Notes under the pieces: model-generated
Told to the model about the DNA's origin: nothing
Seen by the model: only the letters and a program-made list of their open reading frames with translations
Database searches by the model: none
Made by a program: the position numbers and the translations under genes
NCBI RefSeq assembly: GCF_963506605.1
Contig: NC_083277.1
Coordinates: forward strand, 41,974,001 to 42,038,000
DNA length: 64,000 bases
Source of the DNA: Zootoca vivipara
Taxonomy: Eukaryota
Direction of reading: 5' to 3'
Shown: positions 25,795 to 37,578 of the stretch, piece by piece
Numbering within the stretch: position 1 is the stretch's first letter
How the letters are laid out: every line of letters starts with the position of its first letter

Positions 25795-28584
25795 CTTAGA
25801 TTCTGAGTGACAGCCAGGTCAGATGTTATAGGGCGACCTCAGAGCATGGTAAAGTCCCCCCGAAAAATTTATAATTTGGCCTAATATTTGGATTGTTTGA
25901 TGATTGAATAATATGTATAATTCAGAATATACGATGTGGTTTGATTGGATTGTTAAAATGGAAATTTTAATAAATATCATCATTATTATTTTTTTAAAAA
26001 GATGTTATAGGCAATTGTCTTGTTTGGAGAGACAAAAACGGAAGATGACGGAAGAGGCTACATGGACAATTTGGAGCAGAAAAATGGTAGGCATTAATTA
26101 AATGCTATCTTTCCTCCACTGTTTCTCCACTCCACCTCACCTCCTCCACATCACAAGCCATTTTTCAGTGGGGAGGAGAGGTCTGTTTGGGGCAAAGTAC
26201 ACATGTTTGCACGTAACATCTGGTTTAGCCCCGACACGCCACCTGCATGTTTTAAATTTTTCTGCAGTCCGAAGGGCTAAAGACAACCCAAAGGGCTTTA
26301 AGTCAAAGACATGTGACAGTCCCAAATTGTGTTTAAGCCACAGAACACTGCGCTGGAGTGCAAGGTCCCACCATTTGTGGCACCAATCACAGCCATGCAG
26401 CTTTCTAGAACACTTGAATTGTCACCAGCATCACAAAAAGCCAGAAAACCCACACTACCAATATCTATACAGAAGTGATATAGATATCTAGTGGGAGCAT
26501 TAAAGGCATCCTTAATGCTATATTCCATATCACAAACAGCACTGACACCATTATCAGCATGACCTGCGCCATCTGCCATCCTCACCGGTGGCACTAGAAG
26601 TGTGTTCAGCAATGACCTGAATGGGAAAGACACCAGCAAAGTAACAACAGCTGTGATCTCTAATAGTTCAAAAGCATGGCGGGTGAATCTGTCAACTTTG
26701 CTGCTTTGCAAATGGGGAGGGGAAATGAAGTTGTGGCAGGGCCTGGATTACGTAAATCAATGCTGGAGTCAAATGAATGCTGCTCCTTAGCAAGTATGGG
26801 CTTCTATATCTGAGCTGAGATCTCCTGTGTTGAATAGAGTGTCCACAGTCCAATCAGCTGAGATGCCCCAGGCAGTCCCTAAAGCTTCCACAGTGGAAGG
26901 CTACCCATTCTGCTAGCTCAGGATTCTAGGCTTAATTCTCCATACGCTTTCTTGCTCTCAGCGAGAAAGTCTGGGAAGGTCCTTTCCAAGGGCTAGGATA
27001 TCATGACCCCCGCATATCTCTGTTGCTCAGCTGGTCCATTGGGGTGATGGGTGGATTGTCCGGCCCTCATCTGTTGCCTGTAGGGCCAGCTATTACTACA
27101 GGCTGCATGGCCAACACTGTACTGCTCCCTAAGACACCCAGTGACCCAGAACATATATAACCATCTTCCCTGAATCAAGATCTAGGGGAACCTGTCCCGA
27201 GTTTCAGCAGCAGCCAGAATTACAGCAATGAATGTCTGGCTCTTGTGTCAGTCCTCAGCCCCTTCTCAGAGCAGTGTAAAAAACTGAGGGGAAGCATCAA
27301 GGAAAAGGTTTGAGCAGTTAATCATGCAAGGCTCTTGAGGTTAAACAACAATAGCAAGAAAGCAGTCGGCCTGCCTGAAGCACAAGAACTAGAACCCAGA
27401 GATTGTACATGTGGTGTTATAAGGTGGGGCAGAAGCTGAGCTTACTCCACATCTGAAGGCAAGCCCTGTTTAGGGAGGCTTTTTAATGTTTAATAGATTA
27501 TTGTATTGTATTTTTCTGTTGGAAGCCTCCCACCTAAGACATTTAAGCAGACACAGATGGAGGCTGGTGCCCATTGGGATGGATAGGGTGGAAAGCAGGG
27601 AGATTACGTTACATGTAACCACAGCCAATGATAGATGGAGCCTGCTCTGATTTTGTCCCTATCATCCTCCACCTTGCTGAATGCTACAAGAGCAAAACTG
27701 AGACTGAGGAGGAGCATTCTGACAGCCAGTGCCACCCCCTAAACTAGTTGTAAGTAAGGAGGCAAGTACGTGGGAGCTGGCTAAGGGCATGCAAAGTTTG
27801 GTGGGGTAGTGTCCCGATAGACCAGCCTCCACTGGTATATATCTAAAAATGTGAAGGGTGAATGCAGCAGCTGAGGGTCTGCAAACATGTGTATTTATGT
27901 ATCATCTTCATCCAGTGAGCCAGGACTGACTGCATCTCCTTGCTGAGAGCACACTTGGTAAAACATGTGGCATGGCCAAGACAATAATTAGCAGAAAGCA
28001 AGAAAGCCAACACAGCAGGCAAAAACCAAGCTGATTTCTTTTGTTCGTACTTGCTTTTGCCAACACATGCTCCATCATCACTACCATCACCATCATCATC
28101 ATCGTCACCGTCACCGTCATTATTATTATTATTATTAAGTCCTGAAACTGATAGGTGGAAAGCAGGCACAGCCTACACCATTGGCTGTGCTGGCTTTCCA
28201 CCTCTCAGTTTCAGGACTCATTGGTTGGTAGGGACGGTTGAGGAATTCCTCATAATTCCTAAGAGAACATCAAGGCAGTAAGCAGAAGCGGAAGCAGGTT
28301 ATACAAGCACAGAGGGAGTGGGAGGAAATAAAAAGGGGGAATTGCAGGCCATTTCCTGCAGGTTAGTGTCTGGTGGAAGGCAAAGAAGCTGAAGGGTCAG
28401 GCAGGATTACAAGGAAATCAGGGCCAAGCAAGGCAAGAACGAGAGTGCCAGCAGCCCTTGCAGCTGATGGGGAAAGTGTGGGGTCCAGCGGTGTCTCAAG
28501 CAGGAAGCAGGGAATGGAGAAGCCACACAAAGCAGCCCTTATAAAGCAGGTGAGGGGAGGAAAAGAGACAGCAATAGGCCTTAC

Positions 28585-28599
28585 CTGCACCCCGCAAAC
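28585..28599 (-). CDS. CELSR3: CELSR3 15-nt alternative microexon (G to GLRGAG)
   Basis: Long pyrimidine tract...ctgtgcag|GTTTGCGGGGTGCAG|gtaagg; symmetric phase 1-1, matching the flanking exons. Confidence 0.8.
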
Positions 28600-28789
28600 C
28601 TGCACAGGTGGAAGAGAAAGAAACGTAGAGAAAAGGGACAACATTAAAAGTTCTAAAGCAATGCTAATGCACTGTGAGTTTCCCAGGACAGAGTCTCTGC
28701 TGAAAGGCAACTGTGCAGAAGGTTCCCACTCCTGTGTGTGTGTTTCGATCCTTTGCTTTTAGGGTACTAGAGGTCAAAGAGAACAACAA

Positions 28790-28966
28790 CTACCAGACCT
28801 TTAGAAGGCATCTCAAGGCAGCCCTGTTTAGGGAAGCTTTTAATGTTTGATGGATCTCTGTATTTTAATGTTTGATGGATTTCTGTGTTTTAGAATTTCT
28901 GTTTTGTTGGAAGCCGCCCAGAGTGGCTGGGGGAACCCGGCCAGATGGGCGGGGTATAAATAATAA

Positions 28967-29021
<55 letters not shown>
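28790..29021 (+). mobile_element. L2 3' tail with (TTA)n
   Basis: ggaagccgcccagagtggctggg...ataaataataa followed by (TTA)n. Confidence 0.85.
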
Positions 29022-29023
<2 letters not shown>

Positions 29024-29359
29024 CCACAAAACTTATCCAAAGAGTATATTTGGATTCAAGCAAGCAATGGCTTAAACAAAACAACGGTGCGACTCCTCCC
29101 CACCCCCTATCTGTAAACATTCCAAGGCAACCCATCTCCTTGAGCCTAAAAGACAACACTTCCCCAAATCATTCTGCCAAATGCTGTGCCTCGATCAGAG
29201 CATCTATATGTGGGAATGGGTGGGACAGCCCAATGCCCTGCAACCCACTCCCCCACTATGGACAGCAGTAGTACAAGGCAGTGTTAGAACTGATAGGTGA
29301 GAATGGAAGGGTAGCACATTTCAGATTAAACTTGAGGAGAAACCTCCTAGTGGTAAGAG

Positions 29360-29501
29360 CAGGCACCCCCCCCCCAAAACTTCAGTCCTCCAGATGTTTT
29401 GGACTACAGTTCCCATCATCCCTGATCACTGGTCCTGTTAGCTAGGGATCATGGGAGTTGTAGGCCAAAACATCTGGAGGGCCGCAGTTTGGGGACGCCT
29501 G
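29360..29501. mobile_element. hAT MITE inserted in a CR1-like fragment
   Basis: CAGGCACCCC...GGGGACGCCTG; palindromic body; 8-bp TSD GGTAAGAG. Confidence 0.88.
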
Positions 29502-30378
29502 GGTAAGAGCTTCCTAGTGGACAGGTTGCCCCAGGAGAGGATTGGCTCTCATTTGCTGGAGGTACAGTATTTATTTGTTGATCAAATAAATAGTTGTGCT
29601 GGTGCAATGGGGCTTCCTCCCTCTCTTCTCCCGTGTGCCATCCATGCACCCCTAAATTGGCTCAGGAGGGTTGGGACCCTCCCCAAAACAGCACATGTGG
29701 GGGAAGAGGAGAGACTGTTTTGTTGGGCAAGCAGAAATGCTTGCGCTGACTGAGTGATCTCCTTAGCACCTTTTTGAATTCCACCCTACATTTCTCACCT
29801 TTCCACCCAGTGGCAATCAAGGTGGCTAACCAGAAGAATTCAAATGCAGTAAAACACACTAGAACAGCAACAAAAGTACAAAGGAAACCACAGCAAAAAG
29901 AAGGCTAAGACAATGCAAAACAACCACCACCTGTTAAAAGCAACATCAATATATTTACAAATCAGCTTGCTGGGTGGCTCTCTGACAGGGATGCTGTGGA
30001 GATTTCTGCACTGAGCCGGGAGTGGGAGATTGGGCTGGAGCATCTCCAAAGGTCCCTTCCAACTCAATAATCCTGAACACTGGCAGCATCACCAACACAT
30101 TTCTATTTACTGTCAGAAATAATCTATTGCCAGGACAACAAACATCTTTGATCCAACAAACATCTTTGATCCAACATTGGATCCAAGGCCCAATGTCTTC
30201 AAAATGTTATTGATAACAATGGCTCCCAGAAATCAGCCAGGACAGTGTTGGAAAAAAGAAGACAGAAAAGATATGCTTTAGAAGAAGGGGGACTAGCAAT
30301 GACTTGGGTCTGCTGAAACCAAATAGGACAGATCCAGTCTGTCCATAAAGTCATCATCCTGCAAGTGGAAGCACTTAC

Positions 30379-30480
30379 CCAGTGAACCTTTGGGACAAGG
30401 CACCACAGCTGTCAAGCCAAACTTGGTTTGAGGCCACCACACCCCAGATCTCAAAGATTTAGGACAGGCATCGTAGAGCA
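30379..30480 (-). CDS. CELSR3: CELSR3 exon 16 (hormone-receptor domain)
   Basis: LYDACPKSLRSGVWWPQTKFGLTAVVPCPKGSL; 102 nt, phase 1-1. Confidence 0.96.
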
Positions 30481-31250
30481 CTGTGAAGCCAAACACAGAA
30501 ACGTAAGTCACAGGGAGTCTAAGGGAGGGGTTTTATTCCACACAATGCCTCGATTGAAGACAGGGAGGCCTTTGAAGAACTCTCAAAACTGATCAGTGTA
30601 ACATCAAATAAAATAAAACATTGTCTAAAATGAAATTTCAATTTTCAATGGTATTTAATAGCTTATAAAGCACAAAAAAGGAACCTAGACCACAAAACTA
30701 CAGAGGCAGCAGATTTTATGCACATACGGTGGCCTTGTGAGAAAAATTACTTCAGGGGATGATGCAACTCATTAAAGAAATATTAGGCTGTGAACTGCTG
30801 AAGGGACCCAGAGGGGCAACTTCCAAATCCTTTGCAGCATAGACCTGAGTTGTGTGATACAGAATCTGCGCGGAGTTGTGTTCTGCCGAAAGAATTTCAT
30901 ATGGTACTTGGGCAGCAGTGACCAGGAAGCCTCTATGACTGATAAATGTCTCAAAGATGGCCATGCTAACTAATTATGTTAAAATAAGGAATGAATAAAG
31001 GTGGGAACGAGATGATTTGCATTTAGTCCTGGAACAAGATAAGTAATGATCCAGTTCCCCTCAAATCGGCTATTACATTCACCTGACCCTCTGCAATTTA
31101 TTTGGACTTCCTGAGGGGCCAGGAGCAAAAACGGGCAGAGCAAGCCCAGCTCTGAGGAACAGACAGCTACAGGTGGAGCAATCTCCCCAGTTTGACAGGG
31201 GAGAGGAGAGACTCCCTCAGAACTGTTTAGAAACGTGGATGCCTACTCAC

Positions 31251-31434
31251 CCTGGCACCCGCTGGGTGTCACCTCGGCAAAAGGGCTGTCGCAGCTGTTG
31301 CACTGCCGGCCAATCACGCCAGGCCTGCAGTGGCACTGGCCCACTTCCTGGTCGCAGGAACGGGAGGAGGAGCCGATGGGGTAGCAGTCACAGGGGAGGC
31401 AAGTGTCGCTCCCTTTGGGGCGGTAGTGGAACTC
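31251..31434 (-). CDS. CELSR3: CELSR3 exon 15 (laminin-EGF)
   Basis: EFHYRPKGSDTCLPCDCYPIGSSSRSC...CDSPFAEVTPSGCQ; 184 nt, phase 0-1. Confidence 0.96.
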
Positions 31435-31693
31435 CTGCAGGGAGAAGGGAGAGGGGCAGGGGAGGCGGTTAGAGAGCCGGGTCACAGGAGGAGAAGCGGG
31501 GCAGCAGGGGGAGCGAAGGGCAAACGAGACTGTGGGCAAGAAGGGAGGGCCGACACAAGGGAGCCCAACGAAACAAGCAGGAGAAAGGGAGCAGGGCCTG
31601 GTGGGACAAAGAGAGGAGCACTGTTAGGGCAGCAGAAAGCAAAGGCTGGCCCAGCCCAGTCCAGCAAGTCAGTCAGAACAGGGAGATTCTACA

Positions 31694-31825
31694 CAGGGTT
31701 TCTCCAACGTGGGTCCCCGGCTGTTGTTGGACTACAACTCCCATCATCCTTGACCAATAGTCCTGCTAGCTAGTGATCAGGGGTGATGGGAGTTGTAGTC
31801 CAACAATAGCTGGAGACCCAAGTTG
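31694..31825. mobile_element. Palindromic hAT-like MITE
   Basis: ggactacaactcccatca...tgatgggagttgtagtcc inverted arms. Confidence 0.7.
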
Positions 31826-32880
31826 CAGCCAGTCAGCTTGGGGACTCTGGTTCAGGGTCCCAGGGGCTCAGAAGGTTCCTTTGCCGACCTGATCCGGCTA
31901 TGCTGCTGGGCTCTGCCTTGCCCTGCCCCTGGTAGCTGCTTTTGAGTGAGAGCCAAACTTGACTGCACAAGTGGGTGTGGGTGTTAGTAGGGGGGTGGGG
32001 TTGGCAGCACTGTGCCAGCCCTGCTTCCTCCATTCCAGTGCTGCCAAAGTGCTTTCGGCCACCTGATGACGCAGGGTCCTCCCAATCCACCATGCCTAGT
32101 GGGCGCCAGAGTGAACAGCAGCTCCTCAGTTCCTTAAACAGCCTCTAGCCTGGTTCAAGCACTATTCCTAAGCCTGTAGCGTTGGGTTCGGGTCAAAAGT
32201 GATGTGCTGATAACAGGCAAGAAGGCAGGCGGGGACAGGTATTGAGAGAAGGAAATGGAGGACTCTTGCCAGGTGGCGCATAGAAACATAGAAATGGGAG
32301 AGACCACAAGGGCCGTCTAGTCTAACCTCCTGCAATGCAGGAAACTTTTGTCCAATGTGTGGCTCAAACTCAGGACCCTGAGATTAAGAGTATCATACTC
32401 TACTATCCCAGCAATCACACAATCTGTATTGATTTATTTCCCACCTTCCCTCCAAGGGGCTCAAGGTTGTAACATGGTTCTTCTGATTCACCCCACCGCC
32501 CATTTATCCTCACACCAATCCTGGAGGGTAGGCTAGACTGAGTGAGATTGACCAGGCTAAGATCTCTCAGGGAGCTTCATGGCTGAGCGGGGATTTGAAC
32601 CCTGGTCATCTCAGGTCCGAGTCCAACACTCTAACCGGTATGCTGCACTGGATAAGGGAGACCTGAGAACAAAAATCTGGAAATGCATGAGAATGAATAT
32701 CAAGGCGAGGTTTACATTCCCATAGCTCGGTGCAAGCATTATGACATTGCAGAGCCAGGAATGGGGTTGAAAGGCTATATTGCGGGTGGGGGGCAAAGTG
32801 AGTCAAGTGCTTGCTCAGATCCTAAGGGGAGCAAAGCCCCAAAACATTTCACAGAGAGAAAGAAAGCTCCGTTTTCTTAC

Positions 32881-33001
32881 CTTACAGCGACATTGCCCAT
32901 TGGTCTTATTACAGTCTGGGTCAAATCCTTTGGCTGCATCGCAGTTGCAGGGCCCACATGTTGGATTCCCCCACCAGCCCTTGGGACATTGCTGATCCAT
33001 C
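32881..33001 (-). CDS. CELSR3: CELSR3 exon 14 (laminin-EGF)
   Basis: MDQQCPKGWWGNPTCGPCNCDAAKGFDPDCNKTNGQCRCK; 121 nt, phase 2-0. Confidence 0.96.
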
Positions 33002-33405
33002 CTGCAAAGTCAGATGGATCCCTGATGTTATACATCCCACACAGCACAACAGCCATCTTTATCAGTCTTCCAGGAGCTTGATCGCCTTCTTGTTTTTCCT
33101 CTCTTCCCGAAATTGCATAAATGCGGGTAGGGGCTGTCGGCCACCTGCCTTGGTGTGCAGGCCTGCCCCATCTTACATTGATACGCTCAGATCACCTCAC
33201 TGCTAATTAGCCATGGCCAAATTAAGCTGCTAATCAACTCTAATGGGAGGAACAAAATGATGCACAAAGAACGAAATTCTCTGGTATTCCTCCTCAGTGG
33301 CCTATCTGTTAATGACTGGAGTGGAGGAGACCAAAGCAACAGGGAAAAGAGCTTTACCTAGGCCCATAGGATGTTGAGAAGTACGGAAGCAGTCCTGGAT
33401 CTTAC

Positions 33406-33547
33406 CTGTGCTCACAGTATTGCCCAAAGTGATTCTCTCCACATTCACAGATATAGCCGTGGGGAGCCCCAGGCTTCCGTCGACACACTGACTTGTTCTT
33501 ACAGGGGTTCAGATGACAGGCGTCAACGCAGTTGGCACCATAGTAAC
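33406..33547 (-). CDS. CELSR3: CELSR3 exon 13 (EGF)
   Basis: YYGANCVDACHLNPCKNKSVCRRKPGAPHGYICECGENHFGQYCEH; 142 nt, phase 1-2. Confidence 0.95.
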
Positions 33548-33898
33548 CTGGAAGGACAGGTTAGAAGTAATGTTCTAACTGAACCCAGTGAGTTTACTAA
33601 GGTGGAGTAGATCACAGTGCCAAGCCCTTGTCAATTCTCTTTTTCACCCACCCATCCAAAAAGAAAATCCTGCAACAGAAGAAGCCAAAGGCTATGATTG
33701 AGGTATAGGGATTGTGCAACTCTGCTTGATTTACACACCTTTGGCTGAAAAATTTGGCTTATTTGATCACTGAATTGGGAAGCCCCACCCCACCGCGCCT
33801 CCACACACACACACACACACACACACACAATGACTGGGCAGCTTGTGAAAATTATGGTTGAGTGATCTGTGTTGCTTGTGCATCTCCTACCTGGCTGG

Positions 33899-34038
33899 AT
33901 TAGGATTAGGGCTGGGGTTAGGGCTAGAAGAAGTGTGCATGCACACGAAAGCTCATACCAATGACAAACTTAGTTGGTCTCTAAGGTGCTGCTGGAAGGA
34001 ATTTTTTTATTTTGTTTCGGTTAGGGTTAGGGTTAGGG
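33899..34038 (+). mobile_element. Penelope-like fragment flanked by telomeric repeats
   Basis: 23-bp TSD (33876-33898, 34039-34061); PLE segment 33927-34019; degenerate TTAGGG on the left, (TTAGGG)3 on the right. Confidence 0.8.
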
Positions 34039-34053
34039 TTGTGCATCTCCTAC

Positions 34054-34222
34054 CTGGCTGGCAGACGCACGTGTAGCTTTGCCACTTGTCCTGGCACAGA
34101 CTGTTGGCAGGGCAAGGGTTGGAGTCACAAGGGTTGGGCACAGTACATCCTGCTTCCACGTTCAGAGTGCTGCTGGGCTTGGGTAACGCCATCCCTGTGG
34201 CTGTGTCACCTAGGCGTACTCC
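34054..34222 (-). CDS. CELSR3: CELSR3 exon 12 (EGF)
   Basis: GVRLGDTATGMALPKPSSTLNVEAGCTVPNPCDSNPCPANSLCQDKWQSYTCVCQP; 169 nt, phase 0-1. Confidence 0.95.
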
Positions 34223-34771
34223 CTGAATGCCAAGTGAAAAGGGGCATTATACAGGATCTCTTTAGGAAAGCCAATGGACCATTTGGCCAGCCTCTCAAGT
34301 ACTAGCGACTGTTTTATACAATTACCCAGTAGCCTTTGCCAAGCTTTCTCTTCCCTTATAATCAACTATTCAGGTGTCCTATAGAAAGCCGCCCCCACCA
34401 CCTCTGCCCACAAAGAGTGGCAGTCCCTACAAAGTAAAAAATGTGTGGCTTGCGGCACATCCGTACTATAGATTTAAAGCACTCTTATACCACTTTAACA
34501 GTCATGGCTTCCCCCAAAGAATCCTGGGAGCTGTAGTTTGTTAAGGATCCTGACCTCCCAGATACTCAATTTCTAGCACCCTTAACCAATGAAGGTCCCC
34601 AGGATTCTCCATGACTATTAAAAGTGGTATAGTGATGCTTTAATGTACAGTATGGATGTGACCTTCTGGCTTTGCGTTTCTTTGTTTTCTTACATTTCCC
34701 ATTTGTGAATACTGCCTGCCACAGAATCAAAACAGAGAAGGTTTGACATTTGGAAAATTGTCGGGACTTAC

Positions 34772-34882
34772 CTGGATGCAACCCTCCAAACCGTGATGCA
34801 CTTTACCAGACTCCAGGATTCCCCCAACATGGAGATGCTTCACTTTCAGGCCATGTAGCTCATTTCCAACAACTACAGTGTC
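34772..34882 (-). CDS. CELSR3: CELSR3 exon 11
   Basis: DTVVVGNELHGLKVKHLHVGGILESGKVHHGLEGCIQ; 111 nt, phase 0-0. Confidence 0.95.
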
Positions 34883-35104
34883 CTGAGAAAAGAAACCCAA
34901 CCAATAGCATTTTCATACTTTACATGTTCTAAAAAGAAGCTCTCAGCTATAAGGCAGAAAGAGACCATTAGTATTGGTCAGAGAGGGAAGGAAACAGGCA
35001 ACAAGGTTCTGCTAAAAATGCTCAAAGGGGTGGAAGAAGAAGACTCGCAAAATGTGGATCATTTGTGCCACTGGAGACAATGTGCCCCCACCCTCAGGGC
35101 TCAC

Positions 35105-35290
35105 CTGGTAAAAGCCAAAGTCCAGGTTGAGGGTGATGATGTAACGTGTCTCTCGACCACTCCGGACGTCCTGTAGCTGTAGCTGGAGGTCGTGCCACGT
35201 CCCATCACTCAAGTGCATCTGATCTAGGAGGAGCTTGGTGGTGCGCCCAGAGCCCCTGTTCACCATGAAGGAGAGCAGGCCAGAGTCCAG
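35105..35290 (-). CDS. CELSR3: CELSR3 exon 10
   Basis: LDSGLLSFMVNRGSGRTTKLLLDQMHLSDGTWHDLQLQL...LDFGFYQ; 186 nt, phase 0-0. Confidence 0.95.
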
Positions 35291-35542
35291 CTAAAGAAAG
35301 GGCAAAGTTAGAATGGAGCAGATTCTACCCAGGGAGCAAGATCCAAGAAAGCTCAGAGAGAGGCTGGTAAGAGATGGATCCAAGGGAGATTTCCAAAGGC
35401 CAGAGAGGCCTGGAGGGTGGAAGGTCACAGTCAGCCCCTGAGATAGATGATTTTTGGTTTTACAGCTTTAAGTGGAATGAATACCTCTCACAACATTTGC
35501 TCACAGCACAGACGATAGGCTTGTGGGTACTGGGAACGGTAC

Positions 35543-35712
35543 CTGGCAGAGTATGGTGGTGTACTGGCCAGCATGTGCCTGAAGCAGCACTCCGTTCAGT
35601 TTGCGTGTCCGGAATGCCAGGCCCATATACCACGGGGTGGAGATCTTCACTTCATTCTTGAAGTCCCAGAAAAGGATGCTGTTGCCACGGAAATGGTGAG
35701 GGTGATGCATGG
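35543..35712 (-). CDS. CELSR3: CELSR3 exon 9 (laminin-G 2)
   Basis: MHHPHHFRGNSILFWDFKNEVKISTPWYMGLAFRTR...LCQ; 170 nt, phase 1-0. Confidence 0.95.
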
Positions 35713-36069
35713 CTGGGAAAGAAAAGAGGAGCCTCAGAACAGATGCTGGAGATCAGAACAACGTGATGAAGCTTGTGGCGGGAGATGCCCCAAAGCCCCC
35801 CTTGCTTCCTTCACTTCAATGAATTTTGTGTCATTTTGTGCCAAGGAAATGTCCCTGGATTAGGCCTGGGGAGAGGAGCTGGATGTTTAATCTCACTTAA
35901 AATGATGAGGAGTGGACACACCGTGCAGGAGGAAGGCAAGCAACATGACCAGATGACAGGTCTAGCAGGTCTGGGCCAAACACTTGAGAACTGCAAATTT
36001 AGACGATTCTACAAACTGGGAGGGAAAAACATTTGAGGGCTGCCTTTTTTTCTTTTCTTTTCTTTTTTA

Positions 36070-36244
36070 AGCTAAGTGTTCGAGCATGTGCTTTGCATGT
36101 AGAAGGTCCCGGGTTCAATCCCATGCATCTCCAAGTTGGGCTGGGAGAGACCTTGGTCTGAAATCCTGAACGGTTGCTGCCAGTCAGTGAGACAATACTG
36201 AGCAAGATGGGCCAATGGCCTGACTCAGTCAAGCCTATGTTCCT
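36070..36244 (+). mobile_element. tRNA-derived squamate SINE
   Basis: GGTTCAATCCC B-box; homologous to 25598-25794. Confidence 0.75.
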
Positions 36245-36571
36245 CTGTGAAATTGTGCTTTTCTCTTCAACATGCTTAAATCTGATGCCTGATTCTTTCC
36301 TGACCACCACTCACATGCAGTTTAAAGGGAAAAGTCACAATTTAGATATACAGCACATATGTGCTCTATAAGGCAGTATGTTCTGACACTGAATACAAAA
36401 CGTACTATCAGTTTTGCCTTACTTTCCTTGGGAACCCACATCCCCTTCCAACAGAACCTTTCCAAGGCTGAAGTGTTGCATTTCGTTTTGACCATACCTC
36501 CTGGTTTGCACTTGACAGTCCCGGCCACCCCTTCCACGTGCCTCCTGAATATTTCACAAAGTTATACTCAC

Positions 36572-36697
36572 CATGCCTGCACTCCTTGCCTCCAAAGCCT
36601 ACTGGGCATTCGCAGGAGAAGGAAGACCAGCCCACAGTGCAGGTGCCACTGTTCTTGCAGGGGTTGGAATCGCAGAAGGAGTGCTTGGCATGGCAAC
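36572..36697 (-). CDS. CELSR3: CELSR3 exon 8 (EGF)
   Basis: CHAKHSFCDSNPCKNSGTCTVGWSSFSCECPVGFGGKECRH; 126 nt, phase 1-1. Confidence 0.96.
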
Positions 36698-37414
36698 CTG
36701 GGGACATTGCAGATGGACAGCACAAGTGAAGACAAAGGATGTTACTTGGAATAGCTTCTTCTTTGGCTTCAACTCCCAACTCTCCTAAACTACGATAACA
36801 GGCCCTCAAAGTTGAACATTAACAATAGGCAGGAACATCTCCTGATGCCATCAACTTCCTCATTCAGTCCTTCAAGCACTGCCTTTCTTCGCAATGTCTG
36901 GAAGCTGCAGCAGACACCAAGAATGGTCCTCTCCAAGTCTCACCTTTCCCTCTGGAAATGCCTTTCTGGTTAGGCACAACAAATATGAAGTCCCCAAGAA
37001 ATCCACAGTGGGAAAGACTGATTTGGGATGGTGACCTGAGGATACAGAGCCTTTCCCATTAGGTCAGTGGTTTGGGTCTGGCCCACGTCCTGCCCGGGCA
37101 ATGAGAAAGCAGAGGTGCCTCTATTAGTATTACAACCGTAGCGTCAGCCAAATGGTCATGCACGTTCGTTAGATAAAACCAAGGAGCAATAAACATACAG
37201 GGCTGAACCTCTCTTCTTCCAGGAGTCTTGCCAGAGCTACAAAAGAGAGGGCCAGCAGCCTATGGTATAATTAAAACAATGGCCTGGTTCCCTGAACCAT
37301 CAAGCCAGCTATAGCCAAGCGCTTTGCAACACTGCAATGGAAGGCAAGGGTGATATGGGAGAGGAATGAGCCATGGCTTGGGAGAGCCATCCATGATTAA
37401 GCAGCTGACATTAC

Positions 37415-37578
37415 CTGTTGCGGTCCCATTGTTTGCAATGTAGGAAGCCAGGTCAATGCGTTTACTGTCAATGTACAGATCTCTCATGCACCCCACAAAC
37501 TCCCTGTGCTCCACTGGAAAGTTCTCAGGCAGATTGGGGACCCCTCCAAGGAGCAAAGGCCCAGTGAGGTCCAGCGAT
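37415..37578 (-). CDS. CELSR3: CELSR3 exon 7
   Basis: SLDLTGPLLLGGVPNLPENFPVEHREFVGCMRDLYIDSKRIDLASYIANNGTAT; 164 nt, phase 2-1. Confidence 0.96.
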
